A stretch of DNA of 32,000 bases. Origin: an uncultured archaeon. GTDB taxonomy: Archaea > Asgardarchaeota > Heimdallarchaeia > Heimdallarchaeales > Heimdallarchaeaceae. The position numbers and the translations under genes were made by a program. Numbering within the stretch: position 1 is the first letter of the stretch; the number at the start of each line of letters is the position of its first letter. Of this stretch, positions 1 through 23,391 are shown one piece after another. Below the pieces are notes generated by a model. It was not told the origin of the DNA, made no database searches, and saw only the letters and a program-made list of their open reading frames with translations. The stretch covers positions 1-32,000 of the forward strand of contig CAZPXJ010000010.1 of the NCBI GenBank assembly GCA_964590855.1. Reading direction: 5' to 3'.

Positions 1-19
1 TAATTAGAAGTAGTTCACT

Positions 20-1033
20 TCAATCAGATAAAGATTTTCTAATAGAAATTTTAGCAAACTTTACTTCCCAATCGGTATCATCAAAGATATCTATTGTAAA
101 ATTTGGCTCTAATCTATCAGTAATAAAAAATACTTTCATTTTCAATTCAAGAGCGAAGTTGACTTCAACATAAACACCTCTCCCGATAAAATACTCATCA
201 TTGAGTTCAAGAGCAGAGAAGATAACTATGTCACTCTTACTGAGGATATCAAGACATTTTGACATTATTTCTTTCCCTGAGAAACCTTTCCATTTCTTTT
301 CATATTTTGCAGGATTGATTATCTTAGCTTTTGGATATATGGTCTTGATAACTTTGATTTCTCTCTTCTCTTGTTTCTTCCTATAGATTTTCATAGAATG
401 GGCATAATAGATTTGAGGAATGATTCGATAATATTTGCGTTTGTATAATTCCAAAAGAATACAAGCAGAATAAAATGCATCATAGTTTGCCCTATGAGCT
501 TCAAATTTACTGATTTTCTCTTCAAGTCCTTTGTTAATATCAATACACTCAGTACTGCTATTGATGAGTTTCTTAATACAATATCTAAGGTTGTAAATTC
601 TATTCTTGTGTTTTCTTCCTGAAGGCCTTAGATAATCTGAAGCTGAAAGCATTAAACATGGAGCAGTTTTTGTTTTGTTGTCCTCTTCATTGATATTCCA
701 AGGCTCTTTACTAAGAAATTTTTCTAAATCAAATGAGTTGTTAAAGGCAGCAATATATTTGCCTGCAAGGATTTCTTGAACTTCTTTGACAACAGTGGTA
801 AAATCTTTCTTAGCATTTTGGATCTCTTCTAAAGAAAGAAATCCTTCTTTGAATATCCAAGCGTTTTGTGTATCCTCTTCCCAATCATCTGTATCATAAT
901 GGATTATTTCATGGTATACTTGTGTGATTATTTGTTTGAGCAAATTTACACGCATCAGAGCAATTTCGACAACAAGGTCTTTAGATGGTCCGTCGAGTCC
1001 AGTGGTTTCAATGTCTACCACATAGATATCCAT
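20..1033 (-). CDS. DEDDh 3'-5' exonuclease (DnaQ/RNase T-like) with an extra C-terminal domain resembling nucleoside 2-deoxyribosyltransferase-like folds
   Basis: 337-aa ORF. Exo I is DIETTG, Exo II is AAFNNSFD, and Exo III is HRANYD (H-x4-D, the DEDDh type). The C-terminal ~130 aa (IYYAHSM...IVIFSAL...GRGVYVEVNFALELKMKVFFI) looks like the G..E...A...k.v signature of NDT-like/Rossmann-like domains. That second assignment is by eye only. Confidence 0.6.
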   Translation of the reverse strand: MDIYVVDIETTGLDGPSKDLVVEIALMRVNLLKQIITQVYHEIIHYDTDDWEEDTQNAWIFKEGFLSLEEIQNAKKDFTTVVKEVQEILAGKYIAAFNNSFDLEKFLSKEPWNINEEDNKTKTAPCLMLSASDYLRPSGRKHKNRIYNLRYCIKKLINSSTECIDINKGLEEKISKFEAHRANYDAFYSACILLELYKRKYYRIIPQIYYAHSMKIYRKKQEKREIKVIKTIYPKAKIINPAKYEKKWKGFSGKEIMSKCLDILSKSDIVIFSALELNDEYFIGRGVYVEVNFALELKMKVFFITDRLEPNFTIDIFDDTDWEVKFAKISIRKSLSD

Positions 1034-1103
1034 GAGAATACAAAATCTGTTAATCCTTTAAGTTTTTACCCCTCCTAAAAGAAAGTGAATAGTTGATGAA
1101 GTG

Positions 1104-1658
1104 CTATTTTACTGGTCTATAGTCATCATATTTCTTTAATCCTGCTGGAATCGGAATTTGTAGTTTGTTTTCTTCTGGTACTTTAGTGCAATTCCATTGG
1201 TCATTGTATGCACATAGTGGATTATATGCTTGATTGAAATCCAACTCATATCTTCCATTCGAAACTCTTTCTATCTCCACGTATCTACCAACATAATACG
1301 ACTCGTTTCCTGTAGTTGCATCTTGGAATGGAAGGAAGAAATAATCACCTTCTACTGGTCTGTAGACTATAAGTTTGTGCATTTGATTATCGATTTCGAA
1401 TTCGACATATGCGAAACGTATGTAGTGTCTGATTTCATTTCTGGTTGTAGGAATTTCTACTTCCTCTTGTTTTTCAAATTCTTTCAACTCAACTATGAAT
1501 CTATATTTTTCATCCATTGGAAAATAAGACAATCCTTTGAAATCTATTTTTTGTTCTGGAGTCAGTGGTGAATTAGGCGATTTTAGATAGAGTATGTCTG
1601 TACGTTCTCTAATCCTGTCTATTTTTTCCTTAAAGGTCTTCTCTACCATAACATGCAA
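1104..1658 (-). CDS. DUF1684 family protein
   Basis: 184-aa ORF. It carries the characteristic FQDATTGNESYYVGRYV...LDFNQAYNPLCAYN...CTKVPEENKL..IPAG string typical of DUF1684. Confidence 0.8.
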   Translation of the reverse strand: MHVMVEKTFKEKIDRIRERTDILYLKSPNSPLTPEQKIDFKGLSYFPMDEKYRFIVELKEFEKQEEVEIPTTRNEIRHYIRFAYVEFEIDNQMHKLIVYRPVEGDYFFLPFQDATTGNESYYVGRYVEIERVSNGRYELDFNQAYNPLCAYNDQWNCTKVPEENKLQIPIPAGLKKYDDYRPVK

Positions 1659-1695
1659 TGCGGCTTATTCTATTTTAAAAGTGGGTTTGAACAAT

Positions 1696-1977
1696 TTATT
1701 CTGGTTGATAATCCTTGTTTATCATCTCAAATATTTCATTGGCTATTTCTTGAGAACCACCAGAATCATCCCAAACACCTGTTGGTGCAAAGACATACCA
1801 TAGCTTCGAAAGCTCTTCTAGTTCTCCTTGTTTTGCTCTGTCAGCTGTTTCTTTGATATAATTCCCTACATCAGCACAAGAGTCAAAAAATGTTAATGTG
1901 GATCTATCTCCATAAGATAACATCTCTTTAGATGCTTTTTCTAGCAGTAATAGAAGATTTTGAAGCTCTTCATCCAT
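1696..1977 (-). CDS. small hypothetical protein (93 aa)
   Basis: Clean ORF between two genes on the same strand, with no recognisable motif. An overlapping plus-strand ORF looks spurious. Confidence 0.4.
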   Translation of the reverse strand: MDEELQNLLLLLEKASKEMLSYGDRSTLTFFDSCADVGNYIKETADRAKQGELEELSKLWYVFAPTGVWDDSGGSQEIANEIFEMINKDYQPE

Positions 1978-2078
1978 AAATTGAGGTATTCAAGGTTTTA
2001 TATAACTCCTTCTTAGAAATTCTTTATTTAGCTTTTAACAATGAAATTTTAAATGTCCAGAAATGTTGGTCAAGTAGA

Positions 2079-2591
2079 ATGACTAAGACAATTCAGGAAG
2101 AGGTTGCTGAAGAAGTAATTGAGGAATTAAAACAGGATTCAGACATTGTAGGAATTGAGATTTTTGGTAGCATTGCTAGAAAAGAGATTAAGCCTACATC
2201 TGATGTTGATATTCAAGTAACATCAAAAAGTACAACTAAGACTAAACTAGTTTGTGGAGAAAGGAGGGGAATAGAATACCATTATTTTGTAATGCCACTT
2301 GCAGCTGTAGAAAGAATGAAAGAAATGTATCTTTTCTTGTTCTGTCCTGAACCTTCAATAATAGTTTATGATCCAACAGGGATATTAGCTGAACTATATC
2401 GGAGAGCAAACAATTATTATGGAGCACATCCTGAAGCTCTCGAGTTTTGGAATGAGAAAATGCAACAATATCGAGAAGCTAAGAAATTAGGAAGACCAAC
2501 AGAAGACTTTTCTAAAATTCTTGATCAAGTAGAACTCAGGTTTTCACAAAGTCTAGCAATTACTAGAACATGGCATTTAACTGAAGATTAA
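2079..2591 (+). CDS. Pol-beta superfamily nucleotidyltransferase domain protein
   Basis: 170 aa. It has the GIEIFGSIARKE...SDVDIQV (GS-x9-12-DxD) minimal NTase motif followed by a helical C-terminal region. Confidence 0.65.
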   Translation: MTKTIQEEVAEEVIEELKQDSDIVGIEIFGSIARKEIKPTSDVDIQVTSKSTTKTKLVCGERRGIEYHYFVMPLAAVERMKEMYLFLFCPEPSIIVYDPTGILAELYRRANNYYGAHPEALEFWNEKMQQYREAKKLGRPTEDFSKILDQVELRFSQSLAITRTWHLTED

Positions 2592-2758
2592 TCTCTACTG
2601 TTAACTTTGCGATAAGGTTACCTTTTTGGAAGGGCATCCTTCTTGGAAGAGCGTGAAAACCCAGATTTTTCTTTGATTGCCATATCCCTTTAGAAATTTG
2701 CACTTTTTACTTCAAATCTATGTGTACATTTTAAATATGGAAATATCTGTTGAAAAAT

Positions 2759-3211
2759 ATGTCTTCAGAAGAAGCTAAAACTGGATGGCACTATCGTGAT
2801 AGAGATCCACCTGATGATAATGCTTACTTTGAAAATATGTCAAGGATTGTATTCAAAGCTAGTATGAATTGGTATTTTATTGAAGATAGATGGAAGGCTT
2901 TTCAAAAGGCATTTTACGAGTTTGACATAGATATTGTTAGTGATTTTGATGAAGAAGACATCGAGGAGTTAATGGTTAACAAAGGTATTATAAAGAGTAG
3001 ATCTCGAATTGAAGCAACTCTATTCAATGCAATTGTTTTTCAGAAGATAGTAGAGGAATATGGGTCTTTTAGGGATTTCTTAGACCAACTTGATAAATCA
3101 GAAAACTATAGATATGCAAAAGAAGAACTTTGCAACAGGTTTGAAAGACTTACAGATGAAACATCTGCGATTTTTCTATTTAGCATTGGAGAGGATATAA
3201 TTCTAGAGTAG
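2759..3211 (+). CDS. DNA-3-methyladenine glycosylase I (Tag) family-like protein, paralog A
   Basis: The track ORF starts at TTG 2750. ATG 2759 (MSSEEAKTGW) aligns with the start of paralog B (MSSDNSRTGW). Family-like strings are YFENMSRIVFKASMNW, FDEEDIEELM..GIIKSRSRIEA..NA and GSFRDF. A TATA-like ttttaaatat at 2729-2738 lies about 25 nt upstream of ATG 2759. Confidence 0.7.
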   Translation: MSSEEAKTGWHYRDRDPPDDNAYFENMSRIVFKASMNWYFIEDRWKAFQKAFYEFDIDIVSDFDEEDIEELMVNKGIIKSRSRIEATLFNAIVFQKIVEEYGSFRDFLDQLDKSENYRYAKEELCNRFERLTDETSAIFLFSIGEDIILE

Positions 3212-3279
3212 ACAATACTCAATGTCTTCCGATGTAAGTAAAAGAAAAAGAAAGGAAAGGATTGATTATCCTTTATTTA

Positions 3280-4755
3280 TTAAATTTGTTGAATTGCATT
3301 TAAGATTAGATCTGGCCAGAATCCTAGCACTAAGATGATGACTACTATGATTGTCAAGGTTATCATCTGGAAGATTGATATCTTTACCTTCTCCTCTGGA
3401 GCTTCAGGTTCATCAAACAACATTATCTTGAGAATGTATAGATAACCTCCTAAAGCTAGTAAGGAGTTGATAATAGCAAAAACAACAAGTGCTATGTTAT
3501 TACCGAGAGCTCCTTGTCCACTGAAAGTAGATACAATAACCATTAGTTTTGAAGTAAAACCTGCGGTTATTGGAATACCTCCTAGTGATAGAAGTGCTAT
3601 GGTCAAGATTATACCAATAAATGGTGATCTTCTTCCAATTCCTTTCATATCTCGTATGTCTCTTGAGCCAACAGCTGCTATTAGGGTACCACTGAGCAAA
3701 AACAGAGCTCCTTTTCCGATTGAATGAGTCAATATGTGGAATACAGATGCCTGAACACCCAATGTTGTTAGAGACCCTATACTTAGAATGATGTAACCTA
3801 GATGAACTGTTGTGGAATATGCAAGTATTCTCTTGAAATCAATGACATCCTTTCTCCAGAATTGAGCGAATACTAAGAAGTTTCCTTCAATCATGGTAAG
3901 AATACCAATCCAAGATAGAACAACTCCTGCAGGTACCATATTTGGATATGCAGAGTAGAGTGTTCGGTATATTCCAAAAGCACCAGCCTTAACAACAATT
4001 CCAGAAAGTAAAGCTGAAATGGTTGAAGGAGCTGAACTGTGTGCATCTGGTAACCAGGCGTTCAAGAACAACATAGCTGCTGTAACTGAGAAACCTGTTA
4101 TGTATAGTGCCAATATCAGTCCTAAAATTCCGCTTTCACCAGGTACAATAACTGTAGCTAATGCTTCGAAATTAACTGTTCCAAAGAATCCATAGGTCAA
4201 TGCAGTTGCTAAGAGAACTAGCATACTTCCAGCAGTCGACATGATGAAGTATTTCAGTGATGCTTCTACAGCTCCACGTTTCATCCTATCAAAGGCTACA
4301 AGTACATATGCGCTTAGAGCAAACATTTCCCATCCAATGAATAGGGTGATGAAATTATTTGCCATTACAGTTGCGGTCAATCCTGTGAGCAAAGTAAGAA
4401 TCAGAGCATAGTAGTAACCTATTCCTTCCTTTCCTTTCATGTAACTGACGCTGAATAATACAGCCATCCATACAAGGAAACTGAAGATAGTGATTAATAC
4501 TGCTTGAATCATTCCATACTCTAACAATAAACCACTTTTATCATTTAGGTATACTCGCCATCCTTCATCAAAGACGGAAACTATAGCTAAGAGAAAAGTT
4601 CCTAATGCTGCAAGATTTGCAAGAACGTGGTTAACACTGTCTGTGCATATCTTTAGTTTTGCAAGATATTTCTTGAACTGTTGAAGCAAAGCAATTAAAC
4701 CTGCACCAGCAATTGGTACAAGTAGTAATAAAGTTAGATATGTATCTAGAGCCAT
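3280..4755 (-). CDS. antiporter-like membrane subunit (NuoN/NuoM, MrpD-like) of the membrane-bound hydrogenase complex
   Basis: 491 aa and polytopic. It has the GWEMFALSAYVLVAF motif typical of ND2/ND4-type subunits. Its ATG overlaps the stop of the upstream NuoL-like gene (TAATG at 4753-4757). Confidence 0.85.
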   Translation of the reverse strand: MALDTYLTLLLLVPIAGAGLIALLQQFKKYLAKLKICTDSVNHVLANLAALGTFLLAIVSVFDEGWRVYLNDKSGLLLEYGMIQAVLITIFSFLVWMAVLFSVSYMKGKEGIGYYYALILTLLTGLTATVMANNFITLFIGWEMFALSAYVLVAFDRMKRGAVEASLKYFIMSTAGSMLVLLATALTYGFFGTVNFEALATVIVPGESGILGLILALYITGFSVTAAMLFLNAWLPDAHSSAPSTISALLSGIVVKAGAFGIYRTLYSAYPNMVPAGVVLSWIGILTMIEGNFLVFAQFWRKDVIDFKRILAYSTTVHLGYIILSIGSLTTLGVQASVFHILTHSIGKGALFLLSGTLIAAVGSRDIRDMKGIGRRSPFIGIILTIALLSLGGIPITAGFTSKLMVIVSTFSGQGALGNNIALVVFAIINSLLALGGYLYILKIMLFDEPEAPEEKVKISIFQMITLTIIVVIILVLGFWPDLILNAIQQI

Positions 4756-6611
4756 TAGACCATCACCACCACTAGAACTACGACGGCAACTACCGCCACT
4801 ACGGATCCAAGGATCATATTCCAGTTTATCTTACCTGTCTTAAGGAAGGATATTTTTTGACCTATCCAGAAGAGTGGTTGAACAAACACCATGTTATAGA
4901 AATAATCCATATAGAAACCATTTTCGACGAAAGTTCGCATAGCTTTGAAAGGTTTGATATTCTCAACAAACTTGACTTCTGTTTGTCCTTTACCATATAG
5001 CAAGAAAGCTAAACCAATACCTAGAATGATAGCAATAAGTGAGCTAACTAGAGCAACTATTCCACCAGCATCAGTTGGTAGTAGCATATAATCGCCGCCA
5101 TTTTCCCCTGCTACAAAGTGATGAACAGGTCCTTCAAGGACGAAACCAGTTGCTACTACAAGAACAGCTAGAATTCCAAGGACTATTCTCATGATGTATT
5201 TTGGTTTATGGACATGAGCTCCTCTATTCTTTCCATGGAACATCATCAAGAACATTCTAGAGGCATATAATGCTGTTAAGAAAGCTGTTAATACAGCTAC
5301 TACAAGAACAAACCAATAAACTGGATTTGTTTCTGTACCAACATATGCTGCTCTTATAATAGATTCTTTTGAATATCCACCGTTAGTTAAGATTGGAACA
5401 CCAATTAAACCAAGAACACCTACAAGCATGAAACCATAGGTCCATGGTAGTTCTTTTCTTAATCCACCCATCTTTGTAATGTCTCGTTCATTAGCTACTG
5501 AATGTATAACTGCACCAGCAGACAAGAACAGTAAAGCCTTGAAGATTGAGTGAGATAACAGATGAAGTTGTCCTGCAATAAGGCCATCATCTAGTCCTCT
5601 AATTGAGAAAGCTAAGAACATATAGCTGAGTTGAGATATTGTACTGTAAGCTAAGACTCTCTTCAGATCCGTTGTTACTAATGCACCTATAGCTGCACCA
5701 ATACAAGATATACCTGCAAGTATCATCAGAATGATATAGAAAGAACTCTCATTCCAAATACCTGAATATCTAGCTACTAAATATATGCCTGCTTTAACCA
5801 TAGTTGCTGCATGTATGAGTGCTGAAACGGTTGTTGGACCTTGCATTGCGTCTATATCAACTGTGTCACCAGAGCTCAGCCATGATTGTAATGGAAACTG
5901 TGCTGACTTTGATATTGGCGCAAGTAGTAATAGTATCCCCATAAATACGGGATAAGGTGCCAAATCTGAGCCTTGAATAAGTATTGGATTTGATAAAGCT
6001 GCTTGAGTATTCAAATGATAAGCCCAAGCTAAGAAGCCTAAGAAACCAATATCGCCTATACCAGTCATGATAAGTGCTTTAATTCCGCTTTTAGCTGCTT
6101 TTGTACCTTCCTCTCCTTTCTTCATGAAGTAATGACCTATTAGGAAACATGAACAGAGTCCCACAATTTCCCAACCAACGAACAAAAGAATCATATCGGC
6201 TGCTAATATCAGTAGAAGCATTCCTCCTACAAATAATTGCATAAAGAACCAATATCGAGCTTTGTTATCATCGTCTTTCATGTATTCTAGTGAGAAGAAC
6301 ATAATAAGCATACTAAGTATGGAAACTATCAGTAGCATTAAACCAGACAAGGAATCAAAATAGAAACCAGATAGTAAATTCCCGTTTGACAACCAGTTGG
6401 ACCATGAGAATGATTCAGTAACTGGGTTTTCAGGGTCTATAGAAGCAAAGATTATGATAGACATAATAGCTGAAACTGCAACAGGTATTACACTGAAGAT
6501 ATCTCTAATTATGTGCCATTTCTTTAATAACAAAGACAGAAAAGCTCCTATTATTGGGGCTAAAACTGCGATTGATGCTAGTATTAATATTGTACTTGCC
6601 ATCCATATCAC
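4755..6611 (-). CDS. NuoL/MrpA/MbhH-like antiporter-like membrane subunit with a C-terminal lateral-helix region
   Basis: 618 aa. It has the VGWEIVGLCSCFLIGHYF motif (compare WEGVGLCSYLLIGFW of NuoL). The C-terminus has an amphipathic stretch (FVENIKPFKAMRTFVENGFYMDYFYN...) followed by a final TM anchor. It overlaps the neighbouring genes by 1-4 nt. Confidence 0.9.
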   Translation of the reverse strand: MIWMASTILILASIAVLAPIIGAFLSLLLKKWHIIRDIFSVIPVAVSAIMSIIIFASIDPENPVTESFSWSNWLSNGNLLSGFYFDSLSGLMLLIVSILSMLIMFFSLEYMKDDDNKARYWFFMQLFVGGMLLLILAADMILLFVGWEIVGLCSCFLIGHYFMKKGEEGTKAAKSGIKALIMTGIGDIGFLGFLAWAYHLNTQAALSNPILIQGSDLAPYPVFMGILLLLAPISKSAQFPLQSWLSSGDTVDIDAMQGPTTVSALIHAATMVKAGIYLVARYSGIWNESSFYIILMILAGISCIGAAIGALVTTDLKRVLAYSTISQLSYMFLAFSIRGLDDGLIAGQLHLLSHSIFKALLFLSAGAVIHSVANERDITKMGGLRKELPWTYGFMLVGVLGLIGVPILTNGGYSKESIIRAAYVGTETNPVYWFVLVVAVLTAFLTALYASRMFLMMFHGKNRGAHVHKPKYIMRIVLGILAVLVVATGFVLEGPVHHFVAGENGGDYMLLPTDAGGIVALVSSLIAIILGIGLAFLLYGKGQTEVKFVENIKPFKAMRTFVENGFYMDYFYNMVFVQPLFWIGQKISFLKTGKINWNMILGSVVAVVAVVVLVVVMV

Positions 6612-6925
6612 CTCTTCAATGTAGCCATCTCATCACTATCAACGCCTTTAGCATGTCTATAGTTGTTGATAACTATGGCTAATCCTACTGCCATTACGGC
6701 TGCTCCGATAGCTATTGAAATTATTGGGAAGACCTGAGTAAAGACTTTGAAAGTCTCACCTGTAAAATCAGCTGATCCTAAGGCTATGAAAACCACATTT
6801 ATTGCAATTGTCATTATCTCAATTCCCATGATAATTTTAATCACATTTCTTTTACCAAGAAGTGCATAAAATCCAACACAGAATAAGATAATTCCAAGAA
6901 TCAACAGATGTATTTGTTCCATCAT
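6608..6925 (-). CDS. NuoK/ND4L (MnhC-like) small membrane subunit
   Basis: 105 aa with 3 TM segments. It has the GIEIMTIAINVVFIALG motif typical of NuoK. It has 4-nt overlaps on both sides. Confidence 0.8.
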   Translation of the reverse strand: MMEQIHLLILGIILFCVGFYALLGKRNVIKIIMGIEIMTIAINVVFIALGSADFTGETFKVFTQVFPIISIAIGAAVMAVGLAIVINNYRHAKGVDSDEMATLKR

Positions 6926-7448
6926 GCTTTGATCTCCTCCTTATCTCTCTTCTTCTTATGGCTGATAAACAGTGTTCCTATTGCAATAGAAGTTGCAAAG
7001 AAAACTACTCCTTGAAGAATAAGATCCATAGTTCTTGTGTTCCACAAGGCATTTAGATTGTCTACTAAGTTGAAGTCATAAAGTGCTGCCCAAAATAGAC
7101 TAGTTGGTTCAAACAAAGTTTCAGACCCAACAACAGCCCATATGGAGAATCCCATTATTATAGCGATTATAACTAGAGCTATAACTGATCTCTTCCACTC
7201 GAATAGTTCATCTTTCTGTTTTTCTGTCAAAGCTACAACTACTACAAATAGAGCTGTAAAACCTCCACCATAAACTATCAATTGTATCCACGCTAGCAGT
7301 ATTGCATTATGTACTAAGAATAATATCCAGATGCATAAATTCATCGCAATTAATCCAATAATTGAGAACATTAATCTTCTACTTTCAATTGCAAATATGG
7401 CTGCTAGTATTGCTAAAATCATAAATATGTATATAACTGCTAAACTCA

Positions 7449-7449
<1 letters not shown>
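6922..7449 (-). CDS. NuoJ/ND6-like membrane subunit
   Basis: 175 aa. The string LLAWIQLIVYGGGFTALFVVVVAL resembles the NuoJ signature (Q..VY.GA..VLF.FV). It overlaps its neighbours. Confidence 0.7.
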
Positions 7450-8887
<1,438 letters not shown>

Positions 8888-9075
8888 TTAGGATTGTACA
8901 TTCTATTATCTTCTTGTTATACCTAATAGGAATAACAGTCGCGACAACCACTTACAATACTAGTAATTATTAAGGTTTATCGTGAGTAGTTGGGGATAAA
9001 AACAAGGGGATTCTGTATTAAAATGAACTAACTTATATAAACAAAAAATCAATTTAATCTTTTGAACTGAGTAAT

Positions 9076-12495
<3,420 letters not shown>

Positions 12496-12589
12496 TTAGG
12501 CTTTTTAAAGATGAAGATTTGAAGTAATTCGTTTACTCAATATTTATTATGTATTTGACAAAGAGTATCCAGAAGCTTGGGTCGATATC

Positions 12590-12919
12590 ATGATGGCCGA
12601 AGAATTAGGGATATTTGAAACAGATGAATCTCCAATAAAAAATGGTGTTGTAACATTTGTATCATTTGCGCTTTTTGGTTTTGTACCATTGGTTGCATAT
12701 GTACTAGCTCAGTTAATTCCCTATCTTTCAGTAAATCCTTCCATATCTTTTCTAATAGCCTGTATTCTAACTGGTTTGACTCTTTTTGTACTAGGATCAT
12801 TGAAAGTTAAAGTAACCGGAAAGAATTTCTTCAGATCTGGATTGGAAATATTAGTTTTGGGTGGACTAGCTGCAGCTGCAACATATGGTATAGGATTTGC
12901 ATTAAGAACGTTGATTTAG
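12590..12919 (+). CDS. VIT1/CCC1 iron-transporter family, C-terminal three-TM fragment only (probable 5'-truncated remnant)
   Basis: 109 aa covering only the last three TM helices (EELGI...PIKNGVVTFVSFALFGFVPL...GGLAAAATYGIGF). Family-like sequence (KEYPEAWVDI) continues upstream of the ATG up to a stop at 12557-12559. There is no room for the N-terminal half before the hypE start at 12477. Confidence 0.5.
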   Translation: MMAEELGIFETDESPIKNGVVTFVSFALFGFVPLVAYVLAQLIPYLSVNPSISFLIACILTGLTLFVLGSLKVKVTGKNFFRSGLEILVLGGLAAAATYGIGFALRTLI

Positions 12920-12943
12920 AAAGAAATGTGTTATAAGAGAATT

Positions 12944-13028
<85 letters not shown>

Positions 13029-13095
13029 ATAGATTTTGTTCTATCTACTCCCCTTATTAATTTCAATTTAAATATTTCGAATTAATTCATATATT

Positions 13096-13374
<279 letters not shown>

Positions 13375-13375
13375 C

Positions 13376-13882
13376 TTATAGTTCTTTTAACTTCTCGCCA
13401 AATAATCTTGCTTGTTCTAGATCCTCATCAGTAGGGTAGCCTTCATTATCTTTTATTTCACCCATCATCCTTATAGCACCTTTACAATAGAATCGTTCTG
13501 GAATAATGGTCACTTGCTTATTTTTGGTTATGATATTTTCCATTTTTTCGAACATTACTTCGTTTATTTTTCTGGGATTTGTTTGATCTCCAAAAGGATA
13601 ATTTTCGTCTGGTCCCCCACTTGTAAAGAACAGTGCTACTTTCTTTCCTTCTATCCCTTTTCTTTTTAGTTTTCTCAAGTATCTTGATCCTGCGAAACTT
13701 ATTCTCCCCATAATCATCCAAGATCCTAGAACCACCAAATCATATTCTGTTAAATCAGGCAGTTCTTTGTTACTCTTAGTCTCTGTTCCTAACCCTTCTG
13801 CTATTTTTTCAGCTACTTTTTTCGTGTTACCACCTTTGGAATTGTATAGTACTATTGCTTTAACCATATTCATCATCTGCAT
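13376..13882 (-). CDS. flavodoxin-fold protein
   Basis: 168 aa. The string MVKAIVLYNSKGGNTKKVAEKIAEGLG is the flavodoxin FMN phosphate-binding loop pattern. The true start may be the internal MVKAIV. Confidence 0.8.
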   Translation of the reverse strand: MQMMNMVKAIVLYNSKGGNTKKVAEKIAEGLGTETKSNKELPDLTEYDLVVLGSWMIMGRISFAGSRYLRKLKRKGIEGKKVALFFTSGGPDENYPFGDQTNPRKINEVMFEKMENIITKNKQVTIIPERFYCKGAIRMMGEIKDNEGYPTDEDLEQARLFGEKLKEL

Positions 13883-14278
<396 letters not shown>

Positions 14279-14354
14279 CTAAATCATTAGATTTTGATTG
14301 AAGAATTATTTTCCAATCTTAAAAACCTTCGTAATTGCATCAGTTGGAATTCGT

Positions 14355-14387
14355 TTCAGGTCCTACAGGGCAACCTGAATTTTTTTT
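14355..14387 (+). terminator. orphan stem-loop followed by T8 (terminator-like or small structured RNA end)
   Basis: TTCAGGT (14355-61) pairs perfectly with ACCTGAA (14373-79) across an 11-nt loop, and TTTTTTTT follows at 14380-14387. No plus-strand gene lies immediately upstream. Confidence 0.3.
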
Positions 14388-14492
14388 GCTCTACAGATTT
14401 TTTCTTATTTTATCTGTAGATTTATGTCGGGAATCTCTAAATGTTCAGCTTTTAAGGTTAAAATTTTGCCCTTTATCTATTTTTAAACATAA

Positions 14493-14894
<402 letters not shown>

Positions 14895-14896
14895 TT

Positions 14897-15544
<648 letters not shown>

Positions 15545-15691
15545 TCAAATCACTGGTTCTTAATTAATTGATTTTTCTTCTGTCCAAAAATCTTTCTATA
15601 AATTTTACATAATTATCTCTGTATATATATCTAACACTATTTAGAATAAACAAACAGGAAATTCTCATGAAACATAGCATTTTTTAAGTGA

Positions 15692-17017
<1,326 letters not shown>

Positions 17018-17400
17018 AATCAAGAATTAATCTATTGAAACAACCCTATTTTTAGTAGAACAATATGCAAGAATGCTATTTTATCAAAGTTAATGTAGGA
17101 TCAAAAATAGACTCCAATATTATCTTTGCAAAAGAAACCCAAGATAAATCTATAGCGACCTCTCCAAAACACGCTTTAAGAGTAAATGTGGGGGATTCTG
17201 GTACCATCATTATGTCTTGAAATTTAGGACAAAACTTGAACAACAAAACAAACATTTAGGTAAAAACGAGAAAAATGCCCATTTCTCATTTTTTCTTTGC
17301 TCTGGTATGTTAAACCAATGTATTTTTAAAGGATGAACACTATTTTTTTATAGTATATTATTTCCGAATAATGACCCGACAATAAACGCGAAATGGCTGA

Positions 17401-23365
<5,965 letters not shown>

Positions 23366-23391
23366 AGAGGTTATGAATAACCCTCTTTTTT
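23366..23391 (+). terminator. imperfect hairpin plus T6 directly after the gyrA stop (overlaps the 3' end of the convergent thioredoxin gene)
   Basis: GAGGTTA (23367-23373) pairs with TAACCCTC (23778-free numbering: 23378-23385) with one bulged C, and TTTTTT follows at 23386-23391. Archaeal termination commonly uses oligo-T tracts. Confidence 0.35.

Noticed and set aside
8938-8945. GC-rich palindrome GTCGCGAC upstream of the membrane-arm operon
   Set aside because: It stands out in AT-rich intergenic DNA, about 50 nt upstream of the ATG. It is only 8 bp, has no second copy in the window, and does not match a regulator motif I recognise. That is not enough to call a site.
17340-17400. Possible C/D-box sRNA (AATGAC...CTGA) in the gyrB upstream spacer
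   Set aside because: There is no proper RUGAUGA C box, no C'/D' pair and no terminal stem, and the spacing is too short.
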